DNA of 63,384 bases, filler included, from Rhabdomonas costata (GCA_019059605.1; 55 parts of 55 records of this genome joined end to end with filler, not necessarily neighbours in it), one strand, 5' to 3'. Shown: positions 1-11,659, numbered from the whole stretch's first letter. A program made the numbers and translations. Notes: generated by a model from the letters alone, not told the origin.

Positions 1-103
1 TGTTGGGTGGGTGGGAATGGTGTTCTGGAGGGGGTCAGTTCCAAAATTTCTTCCTGTAGTTGCAGAAGCCTTAGGACCTTCACTTCTTGGAAAGAGAGTT
101 CTG

Positions 104-104
<1 letters not shown>

Positions 105-149
<45 letters not shown>
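105..149 (+). repeat. (GT)n microsatellite
   Basis: Perfect TG dinucleotide run; similar runs occur at about 1390-1423, 31181-31214 and 48484-48506. Confidence 0.97.
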
Positions 150-151
<2 letters not shown>

Positions 152-159
152 GGAGGCCA

Positions 160-420
160 CAGAGAGATAGACCTTTCTCAGTCATCATCTTAAGTCTCGC
201 AACTGCTCGAGGCTGCGTCATCTCCAGGCAACTTATGTCCCCAACCAGGCACCTGCTGGCCCCCCAAGTTTCACAGGGGAAGTCCTGGTTGGGGTGGGGT
301 CAGAGTTGCCTTCATCCTAACGCCTAGTCGGGACCAGCGTGTTAGACCGTGATAAGTATTCGAGCCGACCTCGGTGCCTGACAGTATCCGTACCAGTGTT
401 CTACTTTCACACCCAGCTCA
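160..420 (-). mobile_element. SINE-like element family A, copy 1, with 16-bp TSD
   Basis: Colinear homolog at 9481-9745; flanked by direct repeat GTGTGTCCGGAGGCCA at 144-159 and 421-436; (TC)n-like tail at the minus-strand 3' end. Confidence 0.8.
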
Positions 421-1062
421 GTGTGTCCGGAGGCCAGCGACCTACTAGAAGCTGCATCAGTCTCATAGTGAGGGTTGGCGAGCCAGTTGTGCTCGTGAAA
501 TCCGTGCGGCCACACACGCCGTTCTATCACATAAAACAACCCCCCAAATCAGTGTGTGTGTGTGCGAGGATTGCGCATGTGCTTGTGTGCACGTCTGCGT
601 CAATTTCCAGTCAACCTCCTTGGTGCCAAACAATTTCTCTGCGGCGTTCGCCCATAGATGCATACACACACTCACACATGCTCACATTTTCATTTTGCCC
701 ACCCAATGTACCTTGGATGTGTCATCCCCCACTTCCGTTTTCCTCCCGAATCTCACTGGCATCTTTCGCCCCAGTCCCAACGCCTCCCTCGCCCCTGCTA
801 ACCTCCTTTCCTTGCCTGCACGTGCGCGTATACTATTCCCCTCCTTTTTTTCTGTCTGCCTCATTTTTCTAATGTGTGGCTGTTTCATGTGGGCGACGCT
901 TGACGCTGCAAAGATTTCCTAAAATCGTGAACGTGAGGACTAAAACTCCTTTCTCCAAAATCCCCTTGCCGATGACGCTTCAACATTAATTTTGTAGGGG
1001 AAATGGGGCGTGTTCACAAGATTTTTGGAAATCTTTGCAGCGTCAAGCGTCACCCACACCCC

Positions 1063-1162
1063 NNNNNNNNNNNNNNNNNNNNNNNNNNNNNNNNNNNNNN
1101 NNNNNNTTAATTAATTAANNNNNNNNNNNNNNNNNNNNNNNNNNNNNNNNNNNNNNNNNNNN
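1063..1162. other. Artificial contig spacer N44-TTAATTAATTAA-N44 (first of 54, recurring about every 1154 bp up to 62232-62331)
   Basis: Identical 100-bp linker with stops in all six frames separates ~1.05-kb contigs; ORFs ending in X..LIN are artefacts of it. Confidence 0.99.
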
Positions 1163-1171
1163 GTTGGGTGG

Positions 1172-1850
1172 GCGACGGGCCCTCGGGCTGTTCCGTCTCT
1201 GCGGTGAGATTTGTCTCAGAGGCAGTGAGGTTGGTCTCATGGGCGGCAGAGTCGGGGTCGACCGCAGCAGGGGGCGGCTGTACGGCCCGCTTGGAGGCAA
1301 CCTCGTGGAGAAGCTCACTGCGAAGGCCCTCGATCTGCAGGACATTTGTGTGTTGTGTGTTCCGGCCGAAAGGACTGGAACAAAGTGTGTTTGTGTGTGT
1401 TTGTGTGTGTGTGTGTGTGTGTGTTGGAGGTGGAGGCAGAGCGCACTGGCTGTTTCCTGATTGAGTGTTGGTGCCCACTGTGGACTGGCAGACTACAAAA
1501 AACCCCAGAGAGCAGTCCACAAACCAATTTCAATAAAATACTAATCAAGATAAACAAGATTGTGAATTCTTTGGCTCAATGGAAACCCAGCTGTCACCGC
1601 CAAACCCGTTTAGATGACACGAGCCAAAAATCCCGGTCGGGACCACTCCTTTTCACCATCCAATATTGAACTCTGATCATTGTGCTGAGGATTCCTGAGT
1701 GTCCCTAAGGGTGAAAGTATAACTTGGAGGATGGGGGAAGACGGGAAGAAGGCGGGTGTGCGCAGTGCCGTACGAATTCGGGTTCCACGCCGCTATCGAG
1801 CATCCGCTTGAAGTACAGCTCGTCGTCCGGAGAGAGTTCATCGGGGTTTT
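1172..1850 (-). CDS. Two exons of an unknown protein (1850-1774 ENPDELSPDDELYFKRMLDSGVEPEF; 1334 to contig end IEGLRSELLHEVASKR...)
   Basis: GC-rich codons, AG acceptors and a GT donor joining in frame. Confidence 0.55.
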
Positions 1851-3010
1851 CTGTTGAGAGATGAAGTCAACATCAACACCTTAGCCGCAAAGACCGGAGT
1901 GGAGTTAATCTCTGTTGCTTACAGTCTCACATGCTAAACAGTTGAAATTCGTCAATCAGTCGGTTTTCGTGCTAAATTCAAACCACCGCGCTGCCCGCGG
2001 TTTTCGGTTGCCCACAACCCTCAAAACGCGAAGTGATGGATCACCGACAACTGGATGAGTTCACTTGCATTCCTCAGCACTGCCTTTGTGCTTTTGGCAG
2101 GGTCATTCTGTTTCGCCCTTTCGTCCCCACCCACACTTTTGACACTTTTGACCTGTGATTCATGGTGCTGAATTCAGTAGTTTTAAATCGTCGTTTTAAA
2201 TCGACCAACCCCACAACNNNNNNNNNNNNNNNNNNNNNNNNNNNNNNNNNNNNNNNNNNNNTTAATTAATTAANNNNNNNNNNNNNNNNNNNNNNNNNNN
2301 NNNNNNNNNNNNNNNNNGGTTTGGGTGTACATAGGTTGTCTTTGGAGTGTTAATTTTCCACCGCTGTTTTTCAATTCCATCATCATCTTTCCTCTCACAC
2401 AGACTTGGGGCACACCGACACCTTTCCGCTGTGCAGCCTGAGATGTGTTTTTTCATCTGAAGCAATTTCATTTCTTGCTCTTGGCCCAATCAGGTAATGA
2501 ACAGATAAAATCTCGCTGGGCACAAAGTTGCCGTTGCCGTTGGTTGTGGTCGCGGGCAGTTTATAAACCCCTCGCGTTCGTTTTCGATTGGGCGACGCTT
2601 TGCACAGAAAGCCGCAGTGAAAGACGGGAAGCCAGCCTCGACTGCGAAGCGCACCGAGGGTAAACTGCCCCACCCATGTTTTTTGTGCACTTTTGTATGC
2701 CAAAGGGTTTTGGCTCGCAAACGGATGTGATGGAGAAGGCTTTTTCTGTTTGTGAGTCAACTGAAACATGTTTTGAGCTGGATGGACAACGTGGAACACA
2801 CACACTGTGAGCAAATTTTTTGGGGGATTTGAACGTGTTCCGCTGAACGGTTTGTCCAAGTTTCATCCCCTCTCGAACTTCGGGGTGACTGTCACCTGCA
2901 GCAACACTCGAGTTCTTTGGCTCAGTTTCTGCGAATGATTGTGGTCCGCTGTAAGCTTGTTCGTGTTCTGTCTTGTCGGAATCGATGGTGTGGAATGTGG
3001 TGTGCCGCAG

Positions 3011-3242
3011 AACCCGCCGCGAAGAAGCCGAAGCCCAACGTCGTTAACGAGCGGCCGTCGGGCAACCCCCGGGTGTTCTTCGACGTCTCGATTAACTCCT
3101 CCCCTGCAGGTCGGATCGAATTTACCCTTTTTGCGGACGTCGTGCCGCGCACCGCGGAGAACTTCCGCTGCCTGTGCACTGGGGAGAAGGGCAAGGGGCA
3201 GTCCGGCAAGCCGCTGCACTTCAAGGGCTGCGTTTTCCACAG
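3011..3242 (+). CDS. Cyclophilin-type peptidyl-prolyl isomerase, exon
   Basis: [52 protein letters not shown] acceptor at 3008-3010; homology stops after FHR with no GT donor. Confidence 0.96.
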
Positions 3243-3845
3243 GAATGCCCCTCCAATTGCGCGGACAATACAGCGCTGTTGACACCACGGGTTCCAGTTT
3301 TGAGCAGGGACAGGTCACTGAACCCGCCTGTGCACACCAAACCCACTGCCACCACCATGCGACTCACAACCNNNNNNNNNNNNNNNNNNNNNNNNNNNNN
3401 NNNNNNNNNNNNNNNTTAATTAATTAANNNNNNNNNNNNNNNNNNNNNNNNNNNNNNNNNNNNNNNNNNNNAACTGCCCTAAAATTACCCAAAAACTTCC
3501 TTTCAGTTCGCCTTTTTGTGGTGTAAACTGGTGTTTTCAAGGCGCAGGAGGTGCTTTTCCCGACTCTACGACCCCGAAAACAGGGGAGTAGGTCACCTTG
3601 TCCGACCCAGACTCCAACTCTGCCTCTGGTTTTGCCCGTTGCACCCTTCCCAAAGCCGTGGTTGCTTCACTTGTCCCTAAAGGGACTTTGCCCCATGGCT
3701 CAAGATAACGTTTAAATGGCCGTTTCTAGGCGTAAAGAGCACGTCGGAGCGGAAAAAAGTGATTGTCATCGGTTTTCAACCATCCCCCAGGGGTTGGAAT
3801 CGGTTTCCAGTCCCAGGCTGAACTCTCGTGGAATTCAAATTTTCT

Positions 3846-3922
3846 GCCTCCAGCGGGGTTCGAACCCGAGACTCTATAAAAACTCCCTTTGCCGTGCAAG
3901 CTACCTACCCACTAAACGTGGA
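3846..3922 (-). pseudogene. tRNA-derived sequence (degenerate tRNA or SINE head)
   Basis: Minus strand has TAGTGGGTAG (A-box-like) and CGGGTTCGAACCCCG (T-arm/B-box); no intact cloverleaf seen. Confidence 0.5.
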
Positions 3923-4392
3923 ATATAGGTGGCTGAGAGGGGTCATCCGTTATCTAATCGTGTCTCTCGGCTATAAGGAAGGGTGGATGGTTGAGCCCAG
4001 CCAGGGAACCCTACCCTAGCGGGTAATTTCAACCGGCGCACAGACGCGCCTGCGCAACTAACGGCATGAGAAGAAGTAAACCTGCTTGAAAAGGGCATTC
4101 CAGTCGTTGAGTGTCTCGCGGTCCACCAAGTCGATCTACGAAGAGATGTGCATGCACTCACAAGTTTTTCTGAACAGGGATTCTTTTCATTTCTGATTAT
4201 TCGCTTGGGTCGTCCGACCGTCGGTCCTGACATCAAACCCAAAAGCAGGCAGGAAAGGAGTACTCGGCGTGATCTCATGACTCCAAGAACAAATCCAGCA
4301 CCATCACAATCATAGGAATTGCGAAAAGGGATGGTGTGATTCAGTGACAGGTGAAAAAGAAGTCATCAAGGTCAAGGGAAAGGGCATTTTGC

Positions 4393-4477
4393 CTTATTCA
4401 TGACGTAAATAATAGGCTTCTTCAGAACCACGTCGACGTAGTGGTACAGGGAGTACGGGATGTGCAGGGCTGGGTAC
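4393..4477 (-). CDS. Exon of a circularly permuted GTPase, GNL1/LSG1-like
   Basis: RYPALHIPYSLYHYVDVVLKKPIIYVMNK resembles the GNL1 segment ending in the NKxD motif; CAG acceptor, AAG|GC donor. Confidence 0.75.
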
Positions 4478-5330
4478 CTGGGCAATGAGAGGCAGAAAAC
4501 ACCACACCCAACCCACCCAAACACACCCACCACNNNNNNNNNNNNNNNNNNNNNNNNNNNNNNNNNNNNNNNNNNNNTTAATTAATTAANNNNNNNNNNN
4601 NNNNNNNNNNNNNNNNNNNNNNNNNNNNNNNNNGGATCGGGGGCGAGCATGCGAAGAGTTCCCTTGGGGGGGGGGGCACACACACACACTCACACTATTG
4701 CAGGGCAATGGACGCGTTCATTCTTCCAAAAGCACACCACACACACACACACCTGTGCAGCAGTCTTCCTGAGTGCACGACAGGGACGAGCAGACCGTGC
4801 TCGCATCTTTGGCGGTGTGGCCGGAGGCGCACCCGAAGCTGCCGCCACAGGTTGGGTTGGCTGTGTGGGAGAAGAAGAGTGGGGAGAGCTGGTACACCAA
4901 AACAAGCCACTAATGCCGAAACAGCCCACGTCAACCCGGCCTTCGGCCTCCGTGCATCCTGGCCGCAAAGAAAAAAACGTTCTTTTTCCAAAGTTTTGGA
5001 GGTCGTTTTGCTCGCCGTACGCAGACGCAAATCCCGCCGCCCACGTCACAACCCATCCAGTACCACACCAAACAACATACCAAGTTGCACCTCGAAACTT
5101 CGAGTTTAGCATGGTACGAGGTTCCAATAAATTCACGGGGATTTATGTGGGTGATGCTTCAGGACTTCCGAATACACATAAGGCCTTCATCCGGGGCCAG
5201 AGCTGAAAACCAAAATGGATTCTGAAATTAAGGCGTAAAGTACCTTACAAGGTAATTTCCTCTGATTTAGAAACAGTAGTGCTTGTTGGTTCGCGTTTGT
5301 GTATTTTTGATGATGAAAAGACGTTCAGGA

Positions 5331-5548
5331 AACACACACAAACACACATTTACACGTGAAGGAGAGCGATCATGGAGAGCTGCGCTAACCTAAGACGCAC
5401 GCCGCCTGGGCGCTCGCGCAGACGGTCCTACGGCATTGTTGTCAGACTTGGGGTGCCGGCTCACCAGACAGGCCAAGATCTTTCCTCCTCCAGGGTGGGG
5501 CTTTCTCCGGGCGAGTCCCCATCCCCTGCCTCCAGGACAGGGCTTGCA
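5331..5548. mobile_element. SINE-like family B, copy 1
   Basis: Shares AC-rich end, GAAGGAGAGCGAT, CTAACCTAAGACGC and GTTGTCAGAC-TGGGGTGCCGGCTCACCAGACA with 7719-7880. Confidence 0.7.
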
Positions 5549-5612
5549 TTGTTTGTTTGTTTGTTTGTTTATTTGTTTGTTTGTTTGTTTGTTTGTTTGT
5601 TTGTTTGTTTGT

Positions 5613-5689
<77 letters not shown>
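5549..5689 (+). repeat. Compound microsatellite (TTTG)n followed by (GTCGTT)n
   Basis: Directly visible tandem arrays. Confidence 0.97.
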
Positions 5690-5830
5690 NNNNNNNNNNN
5701 NNNNNNNNNNNNNNNNNNNNNNNNNNNNNNNNNTTAATTAATTAANNNNNNNNNNNNNNNNNNNNNNNNNNNNNNNNNNNNNNNNNNNNTGTGTGGTGGG
5801 TGCGTGCGTGGGTGGTGGAGTGTTGCACAC

Positions 5831-6739
5831 CGGGGCAGTCCGAGAGGGTGAAGTTGAACAAATCAGTGCCCCATGTCAGCTGGTCCGGGCGGTACTCCAG
5901 GGTGTAGGGGGGCCCGATGTAGGCCGTGGAGCCGTCCGTGGTCCCAACAAGTTCCACCGCGTTCAGCTCGAAGTAGGTCCGGAACACGCTGTATGGACAA
6001 AGGCAACGAAAGAGGTTCACCCATTAGTACCGTCAATGGGAGTTTCATTTCGAACGCCAAAAAATGAGGGCAGAAAGTGTGTATGTGATTAACTGTGTTG
6101 CAGCGGAGACAGCGTCATTGTGGGAGAATACACACGGACATGCATGGAAAGCCTCCTCAGTGCTTGCAACAATAATGGACAGCCTAAGGTGACGCAGCAA
6201 AAAAGTTCGATCCCCCCGCCCCATCACTCGCAGGGCGCATTTGTTTAAGGGGAGGGAAAGTCGATTCCACTGTAACTGTTTCCTGTCAGTCGGCGGGTTT
6301 TTGCTATGGCTACAACTGCTTTTCGAAGATGCTCAGGGGAAGGGGGGCATGCAGGTGATGTGCTATGTACAATAAAATTGGGAGAGGGGGAAAAACCCTA
6401 ATTTAATTTCGCTCAAAAAGTTAGCCATTTTTGCACTGATACATATGATTTCGGAGCCTCTCAGATATTTATGTATCAGATATGTGTGGTGTGGAAAGTA
6501 GAGGCGCGTTTGGGTGTGTGTAGGAGAAGGAGGGGGGGGTGAGAAGTCCGGTGCCTGCAGTCGAACTCCAACCGCAGCACGTCGACGGCAAACGGGAGTC
6601 CGCAGAGGTCGATGGATCGGGCGACGGGGGCATTGGGGTCGGCGGCAGTGACGGACCCCATCCAAAGGGTCAGCCAGGGCTGCCCCGTGGGGTCGGGGTT
6701 GGGGGCACGAACCCGCACCAGCGACCGCGGCCCATCGTT
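5831..6739 (-). CDS. Two exons (6739-6555, 5988-5831) of a putative beta-sandwich (galactose-binding-like) domain protein; GC-AG intron
   Basis: Spliced product NDGPRSLVRVRAP..WLTLWMG..VLRLEFDCS|VFRTYFELNAVELVG; phases match (AG|C = Ser). Confidence 0.65.
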
Positions 6740-7517
6740 CTGTCACACAAACACAAACACAGACAGCAAGATGGGACTCCCTTTGCGCCAGATCCGCGCT
6801 TTCTTTCAACAGATGGCGTTCTGTGATCTCTTCCACCCACCACNNNNNNNNNNNNNNNNNNNNNNNNNNNNNNNNNNNNNNNNNNNNTTAATTAATTAAN
6901 NNNNNNNNNNNNNNNNNNNNNNNNNNNNNNNNNNNNNNNNNNNCATATGCCGTTGCAGATGCTGTTAATGTTTCTGCTGTTTGTTCTCTTGCATTCAACG
7001 ATACCTCCCTGCAAGTAAATTGCTGTGGAGCTTAGGTCAGTGATTTTCTCGGAGCTGATGTTCGGCACATTGTGAGGGTTTCTCTTTGTTTGCTGTGCGA
7101 ATAGGAGCCCCCCTGTCAAAGGCGGAGAGCAATGTTTCCGAATCGGAAAGCAGCTTTCCGGCCGCCTCGATGCCTGCCACGCCGGAAACACGTGTGTCTG
7201 TCGGCATAATTGTGTTGGGATTGTTTACTGCCTCTTCCTCCTGTGATTTTGTAGTGCGTTGCTTTTTGGTCGCACTGTTGTTGTTGGTAGTCCTTTTGCT
7301 AGTCCTTTAAGTGTCCAGACGTGTTCTTTTGAAGCCACGGCTTCGTAGCCAATGATCCGCTATTCCTGCCCACGGTAAACACGAATGAGTGTTTCAACAA
7401 CACCTTGTTCTGTTGCCGTCACATATGGGCAAACTGGAGCTTGCTGTTTCTTTCACATATCACTGACTTTGGATGATGACATTGGATACTAAGAGAGGGC
7501 AGGATTCTGCTGGCATT

Positions 7518-7589
7518 CCTTTTTCCGTTTTCCGTCTTCCGTTTTCCGTTTTCCGTTTTCCGTTTCCGTTTTCCGTTTTCCGTTTTCCG
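7518..7589 (+). repeat. (TTTTCCG)n heptamer array
   Basis: About ten near-perfect units. Confidence 0.93.
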
Positions 7590-7718
7590 AAAATTAATTT
7601 GGCGCTTCCAGAGAAGAACGGTGTGGTCGTTTGTTCTGCGGTTTTATTCTTCGACTTAGGGACAGTTGAGTCTGTTTGTTCGTGTTTGTGTATGTTTGTG
7701 CGATGTAAAGACAGAAAA

Positions 7719-7880
7719 GAAACACACACACAGACACACGCGAAGGAGAGCGATGATGGAAAGAAAAGAAAAGCTGCCCCTAACCTAAGACGCGCGCAGC
7801 CTGGGTGCTCTCACGGAGGGTCCTATAGCTTTGTTGTCAGACGTGGGGTGCCGGCTCACCAGACAACAAGCCAAGACCCT
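7719..7880. mobile_element. SINE-like family B, copy 2
   Basis: Colinear with 5331-5490. Confidence 0.7.
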
Positions 7881-9480
7881 CCGCGCCCCACGTGTTCCAG
7901 GCTTGTGTCCCCCCCAACCGGCGCCCAACACTGGGGCGAGAAACCCTTGTCGGGTTGTGGTGCATGCTTTTGGCACGCCCACTCTACTCCCACCCCCNNN
8001 NNNNNNNNNNNNNNNNNNNNNNNNNNNNNNNNNNNNNNNNNTTAATTAATTAANNNNNNNNNNNNNNNNNNNNNNNNNNNNNNNNNNNNNNNNNNNNGTG
8101 GGGGGTGGCGTTATTCTTTGAGAATATTTGAGAGAATCAAGCTCGAACAGAGTGAAATTATATGCGGAGGGTCATCGGCAGCGTTGCACGACTCTTGAAT
8201 CGAGTGATTGTGTTGAGAGAGAATTGTGTAAATTGAATTGGGCGAAGACAAGGCGCCGCACGCCATTGTCGTTTTTTACCTTTTTCGTCGCCTTTCTTCG
8301 CGGGCCCGGACCATGTCTCTTAGTGGACTTCGCTTGAGTTTTGACGTGTAATTCCTTGTAAGTCACAAAAAATTTAATAATTTTCGAAAATGACTGACAA
8401 TATATGGTAAAACTCGAGCTACTATAATAGACTCAGATTGATTAAGAATAAGAGATGAAAGATATGATATATCTTTTATAAATAATCTAACCTTTTGTTT
8501 TCTTCATAACACCTATATATATATTAGAAGTGTGTAACCCTGAAAAACCTGAAAAATAAATGGATAAAAATGCGAAAATGACAATATAAATATCCAATGC
8601 AGCCAATAAATACGATAGAAGTGTGGGTAACTGAAAGAAAAAACTAGTTTAATATTTGTTGTGATCTATAATTTCTCGTTATAATAAAAAATAATTTGAT
8701 AAGCAAAATGATATTTACGATGAGTAACATAAACAAATTGTAGGCTGGTGAATACGCATTTGGAATAATCAGCTATGTAATAGAAAGTGTAACTATACGA
8801 GAACAATAGAATATGAAGGATATTCTAGATGTGTAATGATACCAACTACACGATTACGACTAATAATATATTAACGATGTGTAATAAAATAATTATAAGT
8901 GAGACTCTGAAAAAAAAAAAAAAGTTTAAAAATCCGTTTCAATCTCTCTATCCCACTTGCCGTTTTATGATTATCCTCAAGAGGATCCACGTAATTCTGA
9001 AGCGTCTAGTCAGTTCATACTTTACAAACAATTCTTAATTCTTGTACAAAGTATTCAGTTAATAATGCCACTTTTATGAATCCGCTTAAAATATCTTATT
9101 GTCACACAACAAGTTAAAAAGAGATGAATGAGAATAAGTAGAACACAACACNNNNNNNNNNNNNNNNNNNNNNNNNNNNNNNNNNNNNNNNNNNNTTAAT
9201 TAATTAANNNNNNNNNNNNNNNNNNNNNNNNNNNNNNNNNNNNNNNNNNNNTGTTGTGGAGGTCATGAAAGAGAATATATAGGGTACTCACTTCGCCCTC
9301 CTTCTTCTTATTAGTGGAGGAGCTTGAGGCGGTACCCTCCTGCTGCGCCGAGCACTTCGGAGAACTTGGCACGGGACCAGAGAGAGCATCAGCAGGCTGT
9401 CAAGCTGGAGGGTAGAACCCGGAGGTGTTCGCGTCATCATCAACGGCAGTGCATTGTTCGTTTCTATGTGTTGTGTGTGT

Positions 9481-9745
9481 GTTTGTGGGAGAGAGAGATC
9501 CTTCTCAGTCATCCTCTTATGCATTAAGTCTCACGACTGCTCGGGTCATCTCCAGGCAACTTATGTTCCCAATCAGGCACCTGCTGGCCTCCATTTTCCC
9601 CGGGGGAAGTCCTGGGTGGGGTGGGGTCAGAGGTGCCTTCAGCCTAACGCCTAATCGAGACCAGCGTGTTAGACCTTGATTCCAGCCCACCTCGGTGCCT
9701 GACAGTATCCGTACTAGTGTTCTCTCTTTACACCAAGCTCAGTGG
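9481..9745 (-). mobile_element. SINE-like element family A, copy 2
   Basis: Colinear with 160-420; possible low-complexity TSD GTGTTGTGTGTGT at 9468-9480 and 9746-9758. Confidence 0.78.
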
Positions 9746-11659
9746 GTGTTGTGTGTGTTGTGCATCAGCTTCTTCGGAAGATCTCGGGATTTCGGAATTT
9801 CGTCAGAGGTGTACCCAGAAGTGGCAGGGAGTAGAAGGCGGTCAGAACCACTCACTGTGGCATAATCGAGACTTTCCTCTCTCCCATCTGGGCAACTTAG
9901 ATAAACTAATGACAACCAAAATTGCAGAATTCCTGGTGGGAAAGAGTAGATCGGCGTTATTGAACGTTTGGGTGCTCATGTCTTCGCTGACCTCTGCAAG
10001 TGTGGATGTGTTTCACCCATCTTTTAGCTACGCCCTACCACGTTGTTGTGCAATTTTGAGTTTGAAGAGGACGTCATCGGGGGGGGGGGGAGCTTGCAAT
10101 CTGCATGGAAAATGCTACTGAGATGAGGTGTTGCAATAGTACCTGCTGGCTCACGAATATGGTGGTCTTCTCTTTCCAAGCTAGGCGCGGACCCGAGCGA
10201 AATACACAACACAACAAGGAAGGAACAGGTGAGCCATATATACACAAACAAAAGCAAACACATTGCGAGCAAATCGGCTTTTGCAGAGGGGCTTGCGGCC
10301 CCCAANNNNNNNNNNNNNNNNNNNNNNNNNNNNNNNNNNNNNNNNNNNNTTAATTAATTAANNNNNNNNNNNNNNNNNNNNNNNNNNNNNNNNNNNNNNN
10401 NNNNNGTGTTTGAGGATGGCACCCGACTGCACTGCGACTGTGCTCCTAAAGTCGGGTTCCAACCTCACTTTAGGAGCACAGTCGCAGTGCAGTCGGGTGC
10501 CATCCGCAAACACTTTCCAGAAAATATCAGAGTCCAACCAAGTGCAGTCCCAGGAACTACAAAATACAGAATTTCACGTTACGGAACGCAAAGACGAGCC
10601 AGTCCAGTCAGGTTCCGGCCACGACCAGCGCCGCTTCCATGCTTTACCCTGCAAAAAAGGCCCGAGAGGAATTTGGCTCCCCAAAGTCGTGCTCGTGTCC
10701 GTTCCTGAACGTTATTGTGTCGGAGCAATAGCAGGGGAGGGTGTAACGGCTCAGGACAGTTAGGTATCACGTTTGCAAGAGGAGTTGTTTCGCGACAGCT
10801 AAGTGGTTTTGAAAGAGATTCCGTAAGGGAATGTTGAGCTCAGAGCGGGCTTTACCGGCTCTGTGTCTTTGTACAGAACAGCAGTTGCATTGACTGAAAG
10901 ACAGCTCACCCGCTGTTCAGCCAACCCTGCCACCCCCAGCATGTCGCTTTTATCAGAAGCCCCGTGCAGTCTAACCAAACTTTTCCCACTCTCGTCAAAG
11001 CAGAAACAGGATAGCCTTGGCAAAAGGTGCAAAAACACACACAGAAGGAAAGCGCTTAGGGAGGAAGAGAACGTCATGAAGCTGGTATCTTTGAAGAAAG
11101 GAAGGATCATCTGATTCTGGTGACAATGCGCTTCACCGGAACAAAAACAAAAGGAAACACCACCTTACGACTTTGGATCAATGCTCCTCCTTCCTGGGCT
11201 TCTTCCCGGGAGACTCGGACTCAGAATCAGCGGTGGGCTGCAGAGAGCACAACACAAACACACATGCACACACCACGAGCACGACTGTGTGCTGTAGGAC
11301 TCTTAACACCTTGCGGTGGAGAGGCTGTAGCGTGTGACAGAAAGGCACGCGTGCACGGGAAGCCCTTGATGGACAAGAAGACGAGCGTGCAGATAACATA
11401 CGGCCGAGCATACGTAGGCAGATGTGCAGAATACGAGGGGTGCCTTTCTCCCACACACCNNNNNNNNNNNNNNNNNNNNNNNNNNNNNNNNNNNNNNNNN
11501 NNNTTAATTAATTAANNNNNNNNNNNNNNNNNNNNNNNNNNNNNNNNNNNNNNNNNNNNCTAGAGGTGGGGACTTGAAAAAAAAAAGAGGAGATAAAATA
11601 GAGAGGGCGCGGGTTGAGAGGGTTGAGAGAGGTGAGGTCGCGGCTGGGAGGGGGTGCAC

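Noticed and set aside
160-420. Hammerhead ribozyme in SINE family A
   Set aside because: No CUGANGA..GAAA core with correct stems found on either strand.
7-922. Long ORFs with CVCV/HTHT runs in the ORF track
   Set aside because: These are translations of microsatellites and repeats, with no coding signal.
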